In this document: piece after piece, positions 14,798-28,962 of the stretch
Layout: the number at the start of each line of letters is the position of its first letter
How positions within the stretch are numbered: position 1 is the stretch's first letter
Source of the DNA: Lama glama
Lineage: Eukaryota
Assembly: GCA_028534125.1 (NCBI GenBank)
Contig: CM052816.1
Location: forward strand, 16,618,001-16,682,000
DNA: 64,000 nt
Direction: 5' to 3'
Program-made: the position numbers and the translations under genes
Notes under the pieces: model-generated
The model's input: the letters and a program-made list of their open reading frames with translations, nothing else
Database searches by the model: none
Told to the model about the DNA's origin: nothing

Positions 14798-15174
14798 TGT
14801 TAGCTCTGGCTGCCTTAATAAATACCATAGACTGGGTGGCTTAAATTTATTTCTCACAATTCTGGAGGCTGAAAGTCTGAAGCCAGGGTGCCAGCGTGGT
14901 TGAGTTCTTGCAAGGATATTCTTTCTGGCCTACAGATGACCGCTTTCTTGCTGTGTGCTCAAATGGGGTGGGGGAGTGGGAGAGTAGGATAGGGTAGGTA
15001 GCAAGCCCTCTGATGTCTCCTCTTATAAGAGCACTAATTCCACCATTAGAGTCCCAGCCTCATAACCTCATTTAAGCCTAATTACCTCCCAAAGGCCCTT
15101 CTCCAAATACCATCACATTGGGGGACAGGGCTTTGACATACACATTTTAGGGGGACAAAATTCAATCCACAGCA
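14798..15174 (-). mobile_element. MLT1A-like MaLR LTR
   Basis: aaataccatagactgggtggctta...tttatttctcacaattctggaggct...aaataccatcacattggggg. Confidence 0.85.
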
Positions 15175-17439
15175 GCTATCATTTTATAAACAGGGACACA
15201 AGACAGCTGTTAGCCAGATTTATTCAATGAGAGCCATTTCCCTTGCACCTAAATTCTTCCAGAATCCCATTTGTTGACTGATGTAGAAGAGACCACTTAG
15301 ACCCCAACTAGCTGAGCCAGGCCTAGGAGCTCCCAATAGTTTCTCTTCTGCATCTCAGTAAGCACCGCTTCTTGCCCTGGGAAAGTCAGGCTGTGATTAT
15401 TTGCAAGCCTCAGTCCTTGGTAAGTATTCTGTAGGTGACAGCAGAGGCGTCTGTGAGCGATCCTATCCAGCTCAGGCTTTGAAGCTCTGAAGCAGAGCCA
15501 TTAACATTCTCTTCAGTGGCAGACAGTTCTCTTCAGCCCATGTTAGTCTCATTTTCTTCCCTCTCAACTTTTTTTTTTTTTTATCAAGGGCAACAGCTTC
15601 CTTGTTCCTAGAACCATTTCTTCTCTTCAAAGAGCTCTGGGCTCCAGGGAGGCCTGTTGCCAAGAGATTTGTCAAACACCTCTGGATTCCCAATGAAGAG
15701 CAGACTGTGCCACCTGCTCTGCAGCTAAGAGCTCAAGAACCCTCAACTCCCCTCACTTGAGGATCAAGCAAAGGACCAGTCAAGAGGATGCCCTCCCTCT
15801 AGCTTCCTAGGCAGTCTGAAGTGGTTAACCCATTGGTTATGGAAGCTATCCTCCTAAGTCCCCTAACCCACTCCAACTTCTGGATTTTGATTATTTAGAT
15901 AGAGGAAGTCAGGGGGGAAAGTTACAGGCCCTGCCTTCAGAGAGCAGAAATCTATCCTCTGCCTATCCTCCATTCTGAAGCCCCTTTCCATTCACATGAG
16001 AGGAGGTGAGGAGGACTCACCCTTTCACAGAGAAGTCCTGTAGGCCTGAGAAGGGCAGAAGAGTGTTCTTGAGAATGCCATTAATGCCTCCATTATTTAT
16101 TAAGAGCTGCCAAATATTCAGCTGTATGGTGGATTCTTAAAAAATAGGAAGACATAATCTCAGGGAAGCTTCAATTCTACTTCTGGCCACGAAGTAAATT
16201 TCTTAAGCAATCTACAGATTTTAGTAAGAGGGACTCCAGTGCCTGCAATTCAGACAGAGAAGAATGAGTCAGGCAGTTGGTAATTCAGTTTCATTGTCCA
16301 ATTTTCCTCTTAAAGCTGCCCTTTCCCACCAAGAGCTACTGGCTGTACTCCTGTGTCCTCACAAAGGTTTTTGAGGGGTGAGAGGATTGTGCCATATTCT
16401 CTCACTGCCCAGGACATTATTCTGTCATCTCTGTATCTTTTCTTCTCTTACGCCCTACAGTTATCTCAGGCATACAAGCACTCACTCCTTACAATTGCTT
16501 CTGCAGTAATTTCAGAGGGGCACATGAAAACAACTTTCTCAGGATCATATTTTACCAAACTCTATTGCAGACAGGACAACAGCTATGGCAATGGGGTGCA
16601 ATCATTTGTACTCATTTTCCTGTCCCTTCTGGCTGCAGATCTGGGCCAGAATCACCCAGCACAGCAGCCCAGGTGGGCCTCCAAGCACACAGAGAAGGAC
16701 TGCTACTCCATCTGCTGGCTTGACAGCAGCCCTGAGTTGCAGCCTTTCAATTCTTTGCAAGGCAGACTCTGGCTCTGAACCAGGAGATATCTTTTTGTCT
16801 TGATAGGGAAAAGATATTCAGCCATTTTGTCAAAAGTGATGACATTTACCCCTCCCACCTTAAATCCACAGACACAAATACTGCTGAAAAACACAGAGCC
16901 AAGGATTATTGATCTAACAGGCACTGTCTCTGGTCTGGGCAACCATTGCTTTGGGGCTGTAACAGGAATCAGCATGTAAGAAGACAGCCCCAAACCAAGG
17001 TGGGGGAGGGGTTAAGATAGGGTTTAGAAAACCACTGATAAAATTGGGCATTTTCTTTGCTTTTTTTCAACCAGCCCTTTATCTCTATTTGCCTTCTTTG
17101 TGAAAAATGCTTCCTCTGCAGATTATTTAACTATTCCCCAGGGCCTGTTGTCCACCCAGAGTTATCTTTATGCACACAATTTCTTATTAATCTATCCTTA
17201 CTGCAGCAAGGGAAGGATGGTGGTCCATTTTATAGACGAGGACAATTAAGATTTCTCAACAGAAGAGAGAAGGAAAAAATGGCATTACTTACCCTTACTC
17301 GGAAATAAATTAGTTAGTTCTTGAAATCCCTGTTTAACTACAGTAACCACACAGAGCTATATGGAAGTTTTGGCAGAGGCTCCACTATGTAGGATCCACA
17401 TAATATGAAAGTGAGGTGTCAGCAAAAATGCAAATTTTC

Positions 17440-17738
17440 TTTTTTTTAATTTATATATTTTTTTAATTTTTAAAGGTTACTTTCGATCTACAGTTATTAC
17501 AAAATATTGGGTATCTTCTCTGTGTTATACAATACATCCTTGAGCCAATCTTATACTCAGTTGCCCCTGCCCCACCCCACTGGTAGCCACTAGTTTGTTC
17601 TCTGTATCTGTGAGTCTGCTTCTTTTCTGTTTTATCCAGTTTATTTTAATATACTTATATTAAGGCACTGGGGATTGAACCCAGGAGCTTGTATTTTTTA
17701 GGTTCCACATATAAGTGACATCATAAAGTATTTGAAAG
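17440..17738 (-). mobile_element. Short L1 3'-UTR fragment with a nested truncated SINE
   Basis: tttgttctctgtatctgtgagtctgcttct and ttccacatataagtga L1 motifs; TSD atgcaaattttc at 17428-17439 and 17739-17750; SINE piece ggcactggggattgaacccagg ~17664-17686. Confidence 0.8.
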
Positions 17739-20700
17739 ATGCAAATTTTCAAAGAAAAAGTTGAAAAACAGTTATGAAATCTTCACTCATATTAAAAAGT
17801 TGTTGAATACTAAGAGGAAGTTTTTGAAAAACATTTATTTGGTGAGAAGTGTTCGTATGCTGTTGGTATCCCTCTCCAGAGAAAGAAGGGTACCTGCATT
17901 TCACCACAAGCCTAATGAGAAGGGCTTCAAGGGGAACCCTCAGAGAGCTTGATATGTGTCTTGTGCAGTTAGAGGGGCAGAATGACAATTTCTGATTCTA
18001 GTGCAAGGAATGTAGGGACCATTGTATGGGATAGCAGCTGCTTTACAATGCTGGGGTCTGCTCATAGTCTCAGAGCTTGTGTGAGCAAAGAATTGGTTTC
18101 TCACAGAGAAACTGGAATTGGATTGTTGGACTTATTAGGGGGTATAGAGGAAGAAAGCAATTGACAGAGGAGAGTGTGTATATTTGCCCAGGTCAAGTGT
18201 GCACGTGCATGTGTGGAGGGAAGTACAGATCTCTGAAGAACTGACAGAAGTGCCCCAGGAGAAAGACAGATTTAAATACCAGCCATTCCTGGAAAGCACA
18301 AAGCCAGCTTCAACAACATGAGACAAGTATAATATTTCCTGCCACCTCACACTTCCTTACTCTAATCCTGGAAGGGTCAGAAACTCAGGAAAGAAGGATC
18401 ATACTCCTCTTTTCATTTGTAGCAAGCCCCAGATGATGGAGGACAAACAGCTTAATCTTGAAAAACTTTGCAAATGTTGACAATACCTGCGCTGAGCAAA
18501 TTAAGTACCTAAATGAGATCATGTTTTATTATAAAAGTGATGTAGGGCTTCCTGGTATCTGTAAGAAAAGCATTTGTCCAGGAGTGGAGTTTGTACCATC
18601 ACTATTGAGCAGGTTTAAAACAAAAGTGGGAGCCAAAAACAAAGGTTTTTGGGCTTTGGGGTTTATGACTACATCCCATGAGTCCTGCTTGTCACTGTTC
18701 CAGTTACAATTGTAAAAGTTGTTCCTCAACCTTTATTTTAAAAAGTAATAAAAATACCACTGAAGGGGTCATAACAAGAGAAGTTACTGTCAGAGTTAAT
18801 AGTTCTCTTTGGCTTAACAGCACTCTAGTGTCCCTGTGGAAAATAAGGCCTATGGATTCACCTTCTGCCCACTTATCCCCTTTCTTAATTTCCCAAAGCA
18901 TCCTCCATTCCCTCCTTCTGTTACCTTGCAGTACAAACCACAGTTCTGATTGAAGATACTTTTAACAATGTCTTAAAACCTCCCCTATTGTCACAGTCCT
19001 GCCCCATATCCTGCCCCCTGCACCATGTCCATCCCCAGGAATAACACAGGGAGTCACAAGTCATATTGACAATTTCTGATCCTCTTCCACAGTAACACTT
19101 AACTGCCATCTTGTTAATTTTACTTCCTCATTCTTTCCCTATATTTCAGGGGGATGAGAAACATACACATACACCCACATACAAAGCACTATACAAAGAC
19201 AATCCATGTTACATACATGGATTCCCTCTATAAAGAGCCCTATGGTGGCTCAAGATATAAGAAAGTCTGTACTTTAGAGGCTCACAATCTAGATGAGAAA
19301 GGCAGAAACATGCACCAGAAGATAAATTGTAACCTCAGGTACCAAATGAATGTACAGAAAGGAACTAGGTTTATGAAGGACAAGACCACTGTGGAATGGG
19401 CTAACCACCAAGCTTTCTGAAGGAGATGGCACTTGATCTGAGTGTCACATCAGTCAGGTATGGTGATGAGCTGGGAAAGTGGGGGGAGTTGAAGTCATGG
19501 GGTTAGAAGAACAGAGTTAGACTAAGGGCCTCTGACAATGGAGTAATGGGAAGTCAGATTTCAAAGCGGAAGAAAAATCATAAAAAGCCCTGATGGTATA
19601 CTGAGGAGCTTGGAGCTTTGATTTTATTCTAGAGACAGTGAGAAGCCACTGACAGTTTTTAGGCAGGAGTTTTATAATAACTACTCCTACTGGAATGTAG
19701 AAAATAATCTGAGTGAAGAAGAAGGGGGGAAAAAAGACAAGGAAGCCAGTTAGGAGATCAGCATAAGGCAGGATTTAAAATTTTTCTTCTTCTTTTTTTT
19801 CTAAAAGAACTGGATTACAGATATTTCCCTTATTATCCCATGGAAATTTAAGGAAAAGGAAATAAAAGTTTTGGTTGAAGTGACAGGGGTTTGGGATTTA
19901 AAAGACCATTAAGATTACTATAAGAGTAAGACAGAAGGTAGAGCTTGAGGAAATCAGCCTCAGAGCAGCATGATGCAGGGAAGTCCTCCAAGTAGACTAG
20001 AAAGAGATTCCCCTGAGTTGTAGATGAGGATGAGTTCATAGAATCTGGAATGAGGAACCCACGCCTTGCCCCTTAGCAGCACCTGAGGAGGGAACATGAC
20101 CCTAGAGAAGACTGGCCACGTGATGCAACTACAAGATAAGACTCTAGGCTGTAGGATTCATAGCCTCACAAAAGATTTCTGTGAGTCAAAGATGAAGAGC
20201 AGACACTCAGGCCCTGGATGTGAAGGAATAGTGCAAATAATTGGACAGCAAGTGTTTCAGCAATAACCAGCAACTCAAAGTCCCCTCCAATCTTATGCAA
20301 AATATAAGATCCTGAAAGCACAATTCAAACCTAAAGATGAAATATAACTGAAGTTAAATTTCCTACCAGTCAGATGGGATAGCAGCATATAATTGGAGTT
20401 TACCTTCATTTGAGTTTATAAATAAATGTGGTAATTCCCACACCCATGAATTTATAAATTGAGAGTCATACCTGCTATAATTGCTACAGCTTAAGTAGGA
20501 AAAGATGACACCAGATTAGAATGAATGCAATGAGAAGACAAAGAGACAAAAGTCCTAGAGATATTATGCAAGAATAAAGAACAAGACTTAATCTGGCCAG
20601 AATCTACAGAAAATTCCAGGACACACTGAGAATGCAGGAAGTTTCTCCTTGTTTCTGTCACTCTCTACTCTTAGGTATCCTTATACGGGACTCAAGTAAA

Positions 20701-23700
20701 TGCTTTATGAGTTAGTCATAACTCATAAATTATGATGAAATGTAACTTAAAAAAGCTTTATTCTCTCTCAAGGCTTATGTTAATGCTCAGGTGGACAGTG
20801 TAGAGAAAAAAAAAAAAGATCAGATTTAGTCACTGAATTTCCACTTGGTGTCAGATATGGTGGGTACTAGCAATACCTAGATTAATAAAACTCTGTTCTT
20901 GTCCTTGCAATGTTCACAGTCTAGTGGGAGGAATGGACATGGTGTCAAATAATTAAACTTCCTTATGTGTATTATAACAGAACAGTGGATAAATGTTCTA
21001 GAAGCACAGAAGATTAAGTGACAAGCTCTGTCTCAGGAAACCAGAGAAGACTTTACAGAGAAGGTGAGATTTAAGAGGGTTTTACAGGATAAGTAGGAGT
21101 TCAATATTTGGATAAGAATTAGAAGAGCACATCAGGTAGTGGGAAGGGTATACACAAAGCATGGAGGCATAAAGAATTAGTGAACCTGCAGTGGGGGAGG
21201 GGAGATTATACTCAATAAAAAAGATGTTCTGTCTGGAATTGGCCCCTATAGTTTTTAACCAAGGCTACCCTTATGATCAACACATTCACCTCAAAAGGAT
21301 TTCTGAGATACACCAAAGAGAAGTGTCATCTGGTGTACGGCCCTGTGCTGCAGACTACACAAAGGGATACAGATGTTTAGTTACCCACTGAGAACCTAAT
21401 AGCCTCAGGCAAAACTTCATTTTTCTCTCCATTTCTCTCTTTGAAGACTTCTCACTGAAAGCACTAGCATGTTCTCCCTCCTCAGTAATATCCAACCTCA
21501 CAGCCTTCTTCATCCACCAAATGAGCAACTTTCAGGTAAAACACTTCAGTTTAAAATTCATATTCAAGGAATCTAGATGAAGCCTGGAGACTTAGAGGGA
21601 CATATCACACTGCACAGCTTCAAGCTTTCTGTCCCAAGGGTGGCTTCTTTTTAGGCCCTACTCCTTCCCCACGTTTGGCCCTGAAGACACAGGCAGTGTG
21701 GAAGAGGGCTATGCTTTCCTACCATCCATGGTAAATTCATGTAAAATATGGCAGAGGAAGAAAATACTCCTCAAAATTCAGAGAGTTTTTCCCTAATAAT
21801 GGGCCTCAAGATTTACTGAAACATCTGAATCTCATTTTCAGCACATTAATGGTCGGGATTACACATGTACAGGTTATGTATTTTGTGATGTATTTCTGAT
21901 AGAATTCAGGGATAGGGGAAGAAAAGATATTACTACTGATAGATTCTTTGAGAGTGAATAGAGGGTCTTAGAAAACTGACTTTGACCAGAAAAAGAAAGA
22001 TAATTTGGTTTTACTCTTCAAATAAAAAGTACATTTGATTTTGAAAAACAATCATCAAGACTCACACTTTTGTGTTTAACAATCACCTTGAAATTGGTCT
22101 GCCTCAGAGGACAGCATGATTCTAGGCTACCTTAGCATGAATGATTTATGACATTCATGAACTTGGCAACTACATCAGTTATTCTAAAGCTGGCACCCAA
22201 CACCACCTGCATGTTAAGTGAAGATTTATGATTTATAAAACTCACCTCATTATGCAGGGGTACATGAATTGTCTTATATGTGCAGTCTATAACTCCCAAG
22301 ACAGATAAGGAGACAGCTAAGTTACATAATTTACAGCGCCTTACTGCTAAAGCTGAAGTTTTAGAGAAAAACTGAAGAAATAACTGTCCCTTTGGAGAAA
22401 AATAGCTTTAGCTAACCATTACACTCCCAAATGACGAACCGGCTACAGCCTACCACTATATCTTATAGGAACAAAGAGGCTAATGGTAAAAGTTACTTTA
22501 ATCACAGTACTGAACTATGTCTATGTTTTGAACACTGCAGTAATAGACAGAACCTAAGTGACTCTTTGGAAATACCAAGCACTATGTTAGTTTAATTTTT
22601 TCCCCAGTTTGGTGTCTGAGACCTCTTGCTGATATTTCTCATCAAGTGGCCCAGCCAGACCCACAGACATGGACTTTAGGGAAGAGAATTCAATACCTAG
22701 GTGTGCCCAGTGGCAGAGAATTTAATACCTACACGCACCCTCAAAGCAAAGAAAAGCAAATGCTGGTTTAGGTTCCGGAATGAGCTTGTTTTCAGAGGTA
22801 CTTTGAAAATGCAGCATATCTCTCCCCATACCCTGCAAAAAAGTAGAAGCATGGAGAATTAAGTAGAATAAACTTATGAATTTCAAGAAAGAATAGGATT
22901 ATAAAGATACCATTAAAAATGACAAATATATAAGACCTGATGACAAGCAGATATTTTTAGAAAAAACATTAAGCATAAAAAGCAGAACACAAAAGTGGCA
23001 AGCACATGTGCCAACTGGAAAAGGTAAAGTGACAGAAAAAATGGTGTTTTCAGCCTAGAGATTTTCAATAGTACAAAGCCAAGTGAAAGCAATGAAATTC
23101 TAAATTATTTATTTTTAAAATCCCTATCAATCAGGAGATAGACATATATGTGTGGCTGCTCACTGCCATGAATCCAAAAAACACCAATACTGCTGTCTTC
23201 TGCAGAGCTCAAAATAGCGGTTCACCCTCCCTGGTCTTTGAAAGTATACAACACCAACATTTATAAACATAAGTTAACAGAAGAAAGCTGAATACAAAAA
23301 GTCTTCAAGTAGAGGTAGGAAAATTACTTGGAAAAAAAGAATGTAGGGAACCCATTTCTAACTTTAAGGACTTATTAAGTCACTCAGTTTTAGAAATGTG
23401 TCTGGAATTTGTCCATTTCTGACTCTGGGCTCTGATAATGCCTTACATCTGCTTGTCCCAATGTGATTGCTCTAACTCATAGGAATGATGCTCTACTCAC
23501 AAAATGGTGTCTTAGGGCAAGAGGCAATATCAAAGAACCACAAACTATGTATCAGGAAGAGCAAAACCTCTTTGGCTACTGAGAATATGTATATCCAAGA
23601 GCAGAGTAGATGCACAGAGAAGACTTGTGTTTGGGTTCAGGAATTCAGTTACTACTACTCATTAAGCTACCTGACCACTCAAACACTTGGTGGTAGACAC

Positions 23701-24559
23701 TTGACCACTCAAACACAGATGCTGTTCTCCAGGGCTTTGGTTGCCAGTGTTCTATTGGCTGCTTTTAATTCTGAGAGCAACCTCCCCAGCTTGGGCCAGG
23801 GAGTCATGCTATAAATGGAATGAGAGAGGTGGGAGAGCACCATACACACATACACAAACACACACATCCCAGAACAACAGCCTAGGACAGAGCTGACTTC
23901 CTTCTGGGAAGTCAGAAAGTTGCAGAGAGCACACACAGGGTGGCCTCATCCACAGCCTCTGTGGTGTCACCTTTGTATTTTTGCCAGGCTTAAAAACATT
24001 TCATTATTCTATGGTGGAAGACAGGTGTTTGTGAAACACACAGCAGCTATCATGCTCACAGATCCCCCCTTCTCTCTTGAAGAAGAGGCCACAGGTCTCC
24101 TTCCAGGTGAACCAGCTTGTTTCACGTCATGTTACACACACAGGGTCACTACCCCCACCCCAACCACTAGTTCAATAAAGCAGAGAATTGGCACCTAAAC
24201 CAAAGGTCTATATGAGCTGACCCAGTGACCCTTCAAACAACGTACCACTTTTCTGTGCCTTTACCCAGTAAAGGCACTCCATAATGGTGGTGTAGTTCAA
24301 GACATACAGAAAGGTAGCAAGGGTGGTGCAAGCAGCCCTGGGGTACCTTAGAGCACAGGAAGAAAATATTCAAACGTATTTATATTTATTTTTACCTTTT
24401 CCATTTTTAATGTCTATTTTTATATATGTTTAATAATAGTACTATATACATATATAGCTTATAAATACATAAATACATACATTATGAGGTACATGCTCAA
24501 ATATTTTTCAAATAGGATATGTAATGGAAAAGTCTGAAGCCCCACAGACACTATGCTAC

Positions 24560-24750
24560 TTGGAGTGTTTCTAAGTAAGGTATAGTCCTTATTACCCACC
24601 CACCCCCATCAGAACCTCCTGTGGAACTTGTTAAACATGCAGATTACTTGATTCACTTCAGACCTACAGGACATAAATCTCTTGGGGTGGTATGTTTAAA
24701 GAGCATCCCAGTAATTCTGATGCCTACCGAAATGCGGGAACTACTGCAAC
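24560..24750. mobile_element. MER5A-like hAT DNA transposon
   Basis: catcagaacctcctgtggaacttgttaaacatgcagatt...gtaattctgatgc. Confidence 0.65.
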
Positions 24751-24973
24751 AGAATTAGACAAGAAGACATAAAGAAGCTTAGCTATGGAAGGGCAGAGTC
24801 AGTGCAGATGGGAACATCAGAAGCCCAATAAATGGCCACTATAGCCAGGTCCTGCTGGGACCTGACCAAGGAGGAGGAGCTATCCAACTTGTTCTTCCAG
24901 AACTCTGACTCTGTGGGTACTGAGGCAATGCCTTACTTTCCCAACTAGCCTTCAATTAAATCCTCATTACCTG

Positions 24974-26340
24974 TACACTATAAATCTCTTAGAAGAAAAC
25001 ATAGGCAAAACATTCATTATCTGACATAAATCTCAGCAATGTTCTCCTAGGGCACTCTACCCAAGCAACAGAAATAAAAGCAAAAATAAACAAATGGGAC
25101 CTAATTAAACTTATTTATTTATTTATTGTTTTTTTTTTTTTGCCAAGGGGAGGTAATCAGGTTTATTTCTTTATTTATTTCTAGAGGGGGTACTGGGGAT
25201 TGAACCCAGGACCTTGTGAATGCTAAGCATGTACTCTACCACTTGAGCTATTCTCTCCCCCCAGGACATAATTAAACTTATAAGCTTTTGCACAGCAAAG
25301 AAAACCATAAGCAAAACAAAAAGACAACCTACGGAACGTGAGAAACTATTTGCAAAAGATGAGACTGACAAGGGCTTAATTTCCAGAATATATAAACAGC
25401 TCATACAACTTAATAAGAAAAAAACAAACAACCCAATCCAAAAATGGGCAGAAAATCTAGACAAGCAGTTCTCCAAATGAAGACCTACAAATGCCCAATA
25501 GGCACATGAAAAAATGCTCAATATCACTAATTATCAGAGAAATGCAAATCAAAACTACAACGAGGTATCAACTCCCATCAGTCAGAGTGGCCATCATTCA
25601 AAAGTCCATGAACAATAAATGCTGGAGTGGGTGTTGGTGGGAATGTAGTTTGGTGCAGCCATTATGGAAAACAGTACGGAGATTCCTCAAAAGACTAAAA
25701 AGAGACTTACCATATGATCCAGCAATACCATTCCTGGGCATATATCCAGAGGGGACCTTAATTCAAAAAGACACATGCACCCCAATGTTCATAGCAACAC
25801 TATTTACAATAGCCAAGACATGGCAACAACCTAAATGTCCACTGACAGATGACTGGATAAAGAAGTTCTGGTATATTTATACAATGGAATACTACTCAGC
25901 CATAAAAAATAATAAAATAATGCCATTTGCAGCAACAGGGATGGAACTGGAGAATGTCATTCTAAGTTAAATAAGCCAGAAAGAGAAAGAAAAATACCGT
26001 ATCACTTATATGTGGAACCTAAAAAAAGACAAATGAAGTTATTTACAAAACAGAAACAGACTTTTAGACATAGAGAATAAATTTATGGTTACTGGGGTAA
26101 GAAGGGATAAATCGAGAGTTCGAGATTTACAGATACTAACATACATAAAATAGATAAACAACAAGTTTATTTTGTATAGCACAGAGAACTATATTCATTA
26201 TCTTGTAACAACTTACGGTGAAAAAGAGTATGAAAACGAATATATTTATGTTCCTATATGATTGAAGTATTGTGTTGTACACCAGAAACTGACACAACAT
26301 TGTAAACTGATTATATACTTCAATAAAAATATATTTTTAA
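24974..26340 (+). mobile_element. 5'-truncated LINE-1 (ORF2 C-terminus and 3' UTR)
   Basis: ORF 25491..25970 has L1 ORF2 motifs ([44 protein letters not shown]); TSD aaatcctcat(t/c)acctg at 24958-24973 and 26341-26356. Confidence 0.95.
25114..25263 (-). mobile_element. tRNA-Ala-derived SINE (vic-1-like) inserted into L1 ORF2
   Basis: Same SINE body; TSD ggac(c/a)taattaaactta at 25097-25113 and 25264-25280. Confidence 0.88.
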
Positions 26341-27756
26341 AAATCCTCATCACCTGGAAACCTGAGCAATTTCTCTCCTGATGGTTGGGGAGCAGGGGTA
26401 GGAAAGTTTAGAAACCAACAGCCCGTTATAAAGAGGGAGGATGTAATCCAGGTGAACTGAAAAGCTGGCTGACATAATATCACTAATCATGTACCTTAAA
26501 GAGTGAGGATGAGATAGGAGGAAGAAGGTATATGAGCCAGAGTGGTCCACAAACATTTGAAAAAGGTCCTGTACTGACTGAACATTTAATCTGAAATCAG
26601 GTGGGTGATTTCTAAAATGCACACCAAGTGAAAACGGAGGCTGTAGAGCAGACACTAGCACTGTCTGGACAATTGACTGATCTCCTTGGTTTCTCATCTA
26701 TTAAATAAAAGGTTAGAATTTAAGTGATATCTAAAGACATCTCTGTCTTTAGACATCATCTGTGTTTTGAGAATCCAAGTTGGGGTCCATGTCCTACATG
26801 AGGGTTCCTTTCATTATAACATTTTGGTAGAGAATAAAATTTCTTTCCCTTTAAATGAAAACATTCAGAAAAGGCTCCTATATCCTTAAGAATTAATTAT
26901 TAAATGGGTCTTCATAAAGAGCAAATCTCTGCTTTTGTCAGTCCCAAATAGGGACTTCATACACGTGTCCTCGAATCTATCCCAAAGCCAACTATTTTCC
27001 AAACCTGGGTGAAAATCCAAATGAAGTTAGTTAACTGACTTTTACCCTGTGCAATGAAACTGCATTATCACTGTAAATGTCCTATCTAATCAAAGTCACA
27101 TGTTATTTTGATTTATTGCTGCCTTACTTTTCTTTCAGGGTCTTTCTCTATTTCTCCTTCCTCCTATCAAAAGGAGGGCAGGTTGGTGGTTTACTAGACA
27201 TTCAGTATAAAATGAAACTTTCTAATTGTCACCACCCCTGGGGACAGAGACATCACCTAACATAACACTTCCTAGGCTACGCTGAGGCAAGCTCTGTTGA
27301 ATCAGGTTGAGTGGAGTGACACCGTGTAATGTACTCCAGTACAGTATAACTAACACCAAAATGGAAAAGTGGGAACTGTCTCCTGAAATCTGCTGCAGGT
27401 ACATGAAAAATTCCAAGGAGAATAAAAATGACAAATCCCTGCAGTATGCCACATTTTTATTTCATGATGACGGAAGGTGTCACAGTATGATATTCATCTT
27501 TGGGAAGACTGAATAAAACGTCATCTGAGTCACCAGTTTAAAGAGACTGCTTTAAAAATATAAACTTGATCCTATGAGTTCTATTACAGATAGAACTTTC
27601 TTTACAGCTGTCCTAGAACCTAAACCACATTAAAAATTTTTTCTAACTTTTGTATTCCATTGCTTAAAATAACTGTTGTTAATAATAGATTAGGCCAGTA
27701 TTATAAAACTCACCTTTTATGTTGAGATAAAAGATCAGACCCAGTGTTTTTATGAG

Positions 27757-28030
27757 ACAGTGGAGTGTGGTGGTTAGCAGTATAGGTTCTGGAGTCAGAC
27801 AGTCTGGCTTCAAATTCTGGCTTAATCATTCATTCAATTGCTATGTGACTCATATAACATACTTGACCACTCTAAGCCTCAATTTCTACATCTGCAAAAT
27901 GGGAACACCAATAGTATAATTTTCTTAAGATCATTATTGGTAAGCATTCCTTTAGATAATGTATATAAAGCATTTAGGATAGCGTGGCATTATTTGTCCA
28001 AAAGTAAACATTTGACAACTATTAGTAATT
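27757..28030 (+). mobile_element. MIR
   Basis: ggttctggagtcagacagtctggcttcaaattctggc...cctcaatttctacatctgcaaaatggg. Confidence 0.75.
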
Positions 28031-28962
28031 GCCATCTAATTACTATCCCTATTAATGGCTGGGAGTTAAATATTCGTTCAATACCTATTCTGCCTGGTAA
28101 ATATTACCCATGAAAATTACGTACCAACTCCCTTCACTTTCTAGTATGACACTGGAAAGAAACAGAGAAATGAAATACAGTGCTGTGTTGTATGATGAAG
28201 AATTGCACCCTATTTCATTTTAGACTCAAGCTCATTTCTTCAAGTCTTCAGGCTGCAGCCCATGTTAATTTGCAAAGCAGTCCAGAAGGCTGCCCTCCAC
28301 ACTGGCAAATACTACACTTACAGTCCCAGTCTCAGGCTCCTGCTTAGACTGGAGTCTAGAGCTACCACAGCCCCCTTGTGGTCATGGTGAGTATTTGCCA
28401 GGCTCTTGGGGAAACTACCAGGAACCTCAGTCATACATATATCCCCAAAATCACGATCTCAGACATTCTTCAGCTAACACAGTTTGATCCCGGGATTCGT
28501 TTGAGTAACAATTTGTGGCTCTTTAAGTGTATGCAACAAGAAGGAAAAAAAGCAAATTCTTAGGAGAACCACGTGAGTAAAGAGAGAGGTGAGGAGAATA
28601 CAGTTATTCCAATTACTCTACTTGCCCTCCTTATCATATGTCACATAGAGATATAAAGTTTTCAATTTCTATTTTGCTTCAATGTTTAATACTATTTATC
28701 ATTCCTCTCAACGTTCTTTATTAGCACCAGTATATTGTTTTGGAACATACAGCTCTTAAAAATATGGGTCATTAGCTTGTAACTTTGATGGCATCAGGAA
28801 AGTACCTCTGAGGGAATGAAGAAAATAAGAGAAATGAGTGTTAAGTAGACTAGTGAGGATAATATAATAATAGCTAACAAACGAGAATATGGAGGTACTT
28901 TTTTTTGGATCTGTATAATATATAACCAACATTTGTTTCACTTTTGTTTATTTTTTCACTCC

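Noticed and set aside
25171..25527. 118-aa minus-strand ORF
   Set aside because: Antisense of L1 ORF2 fused to a SINE; a common artefact.
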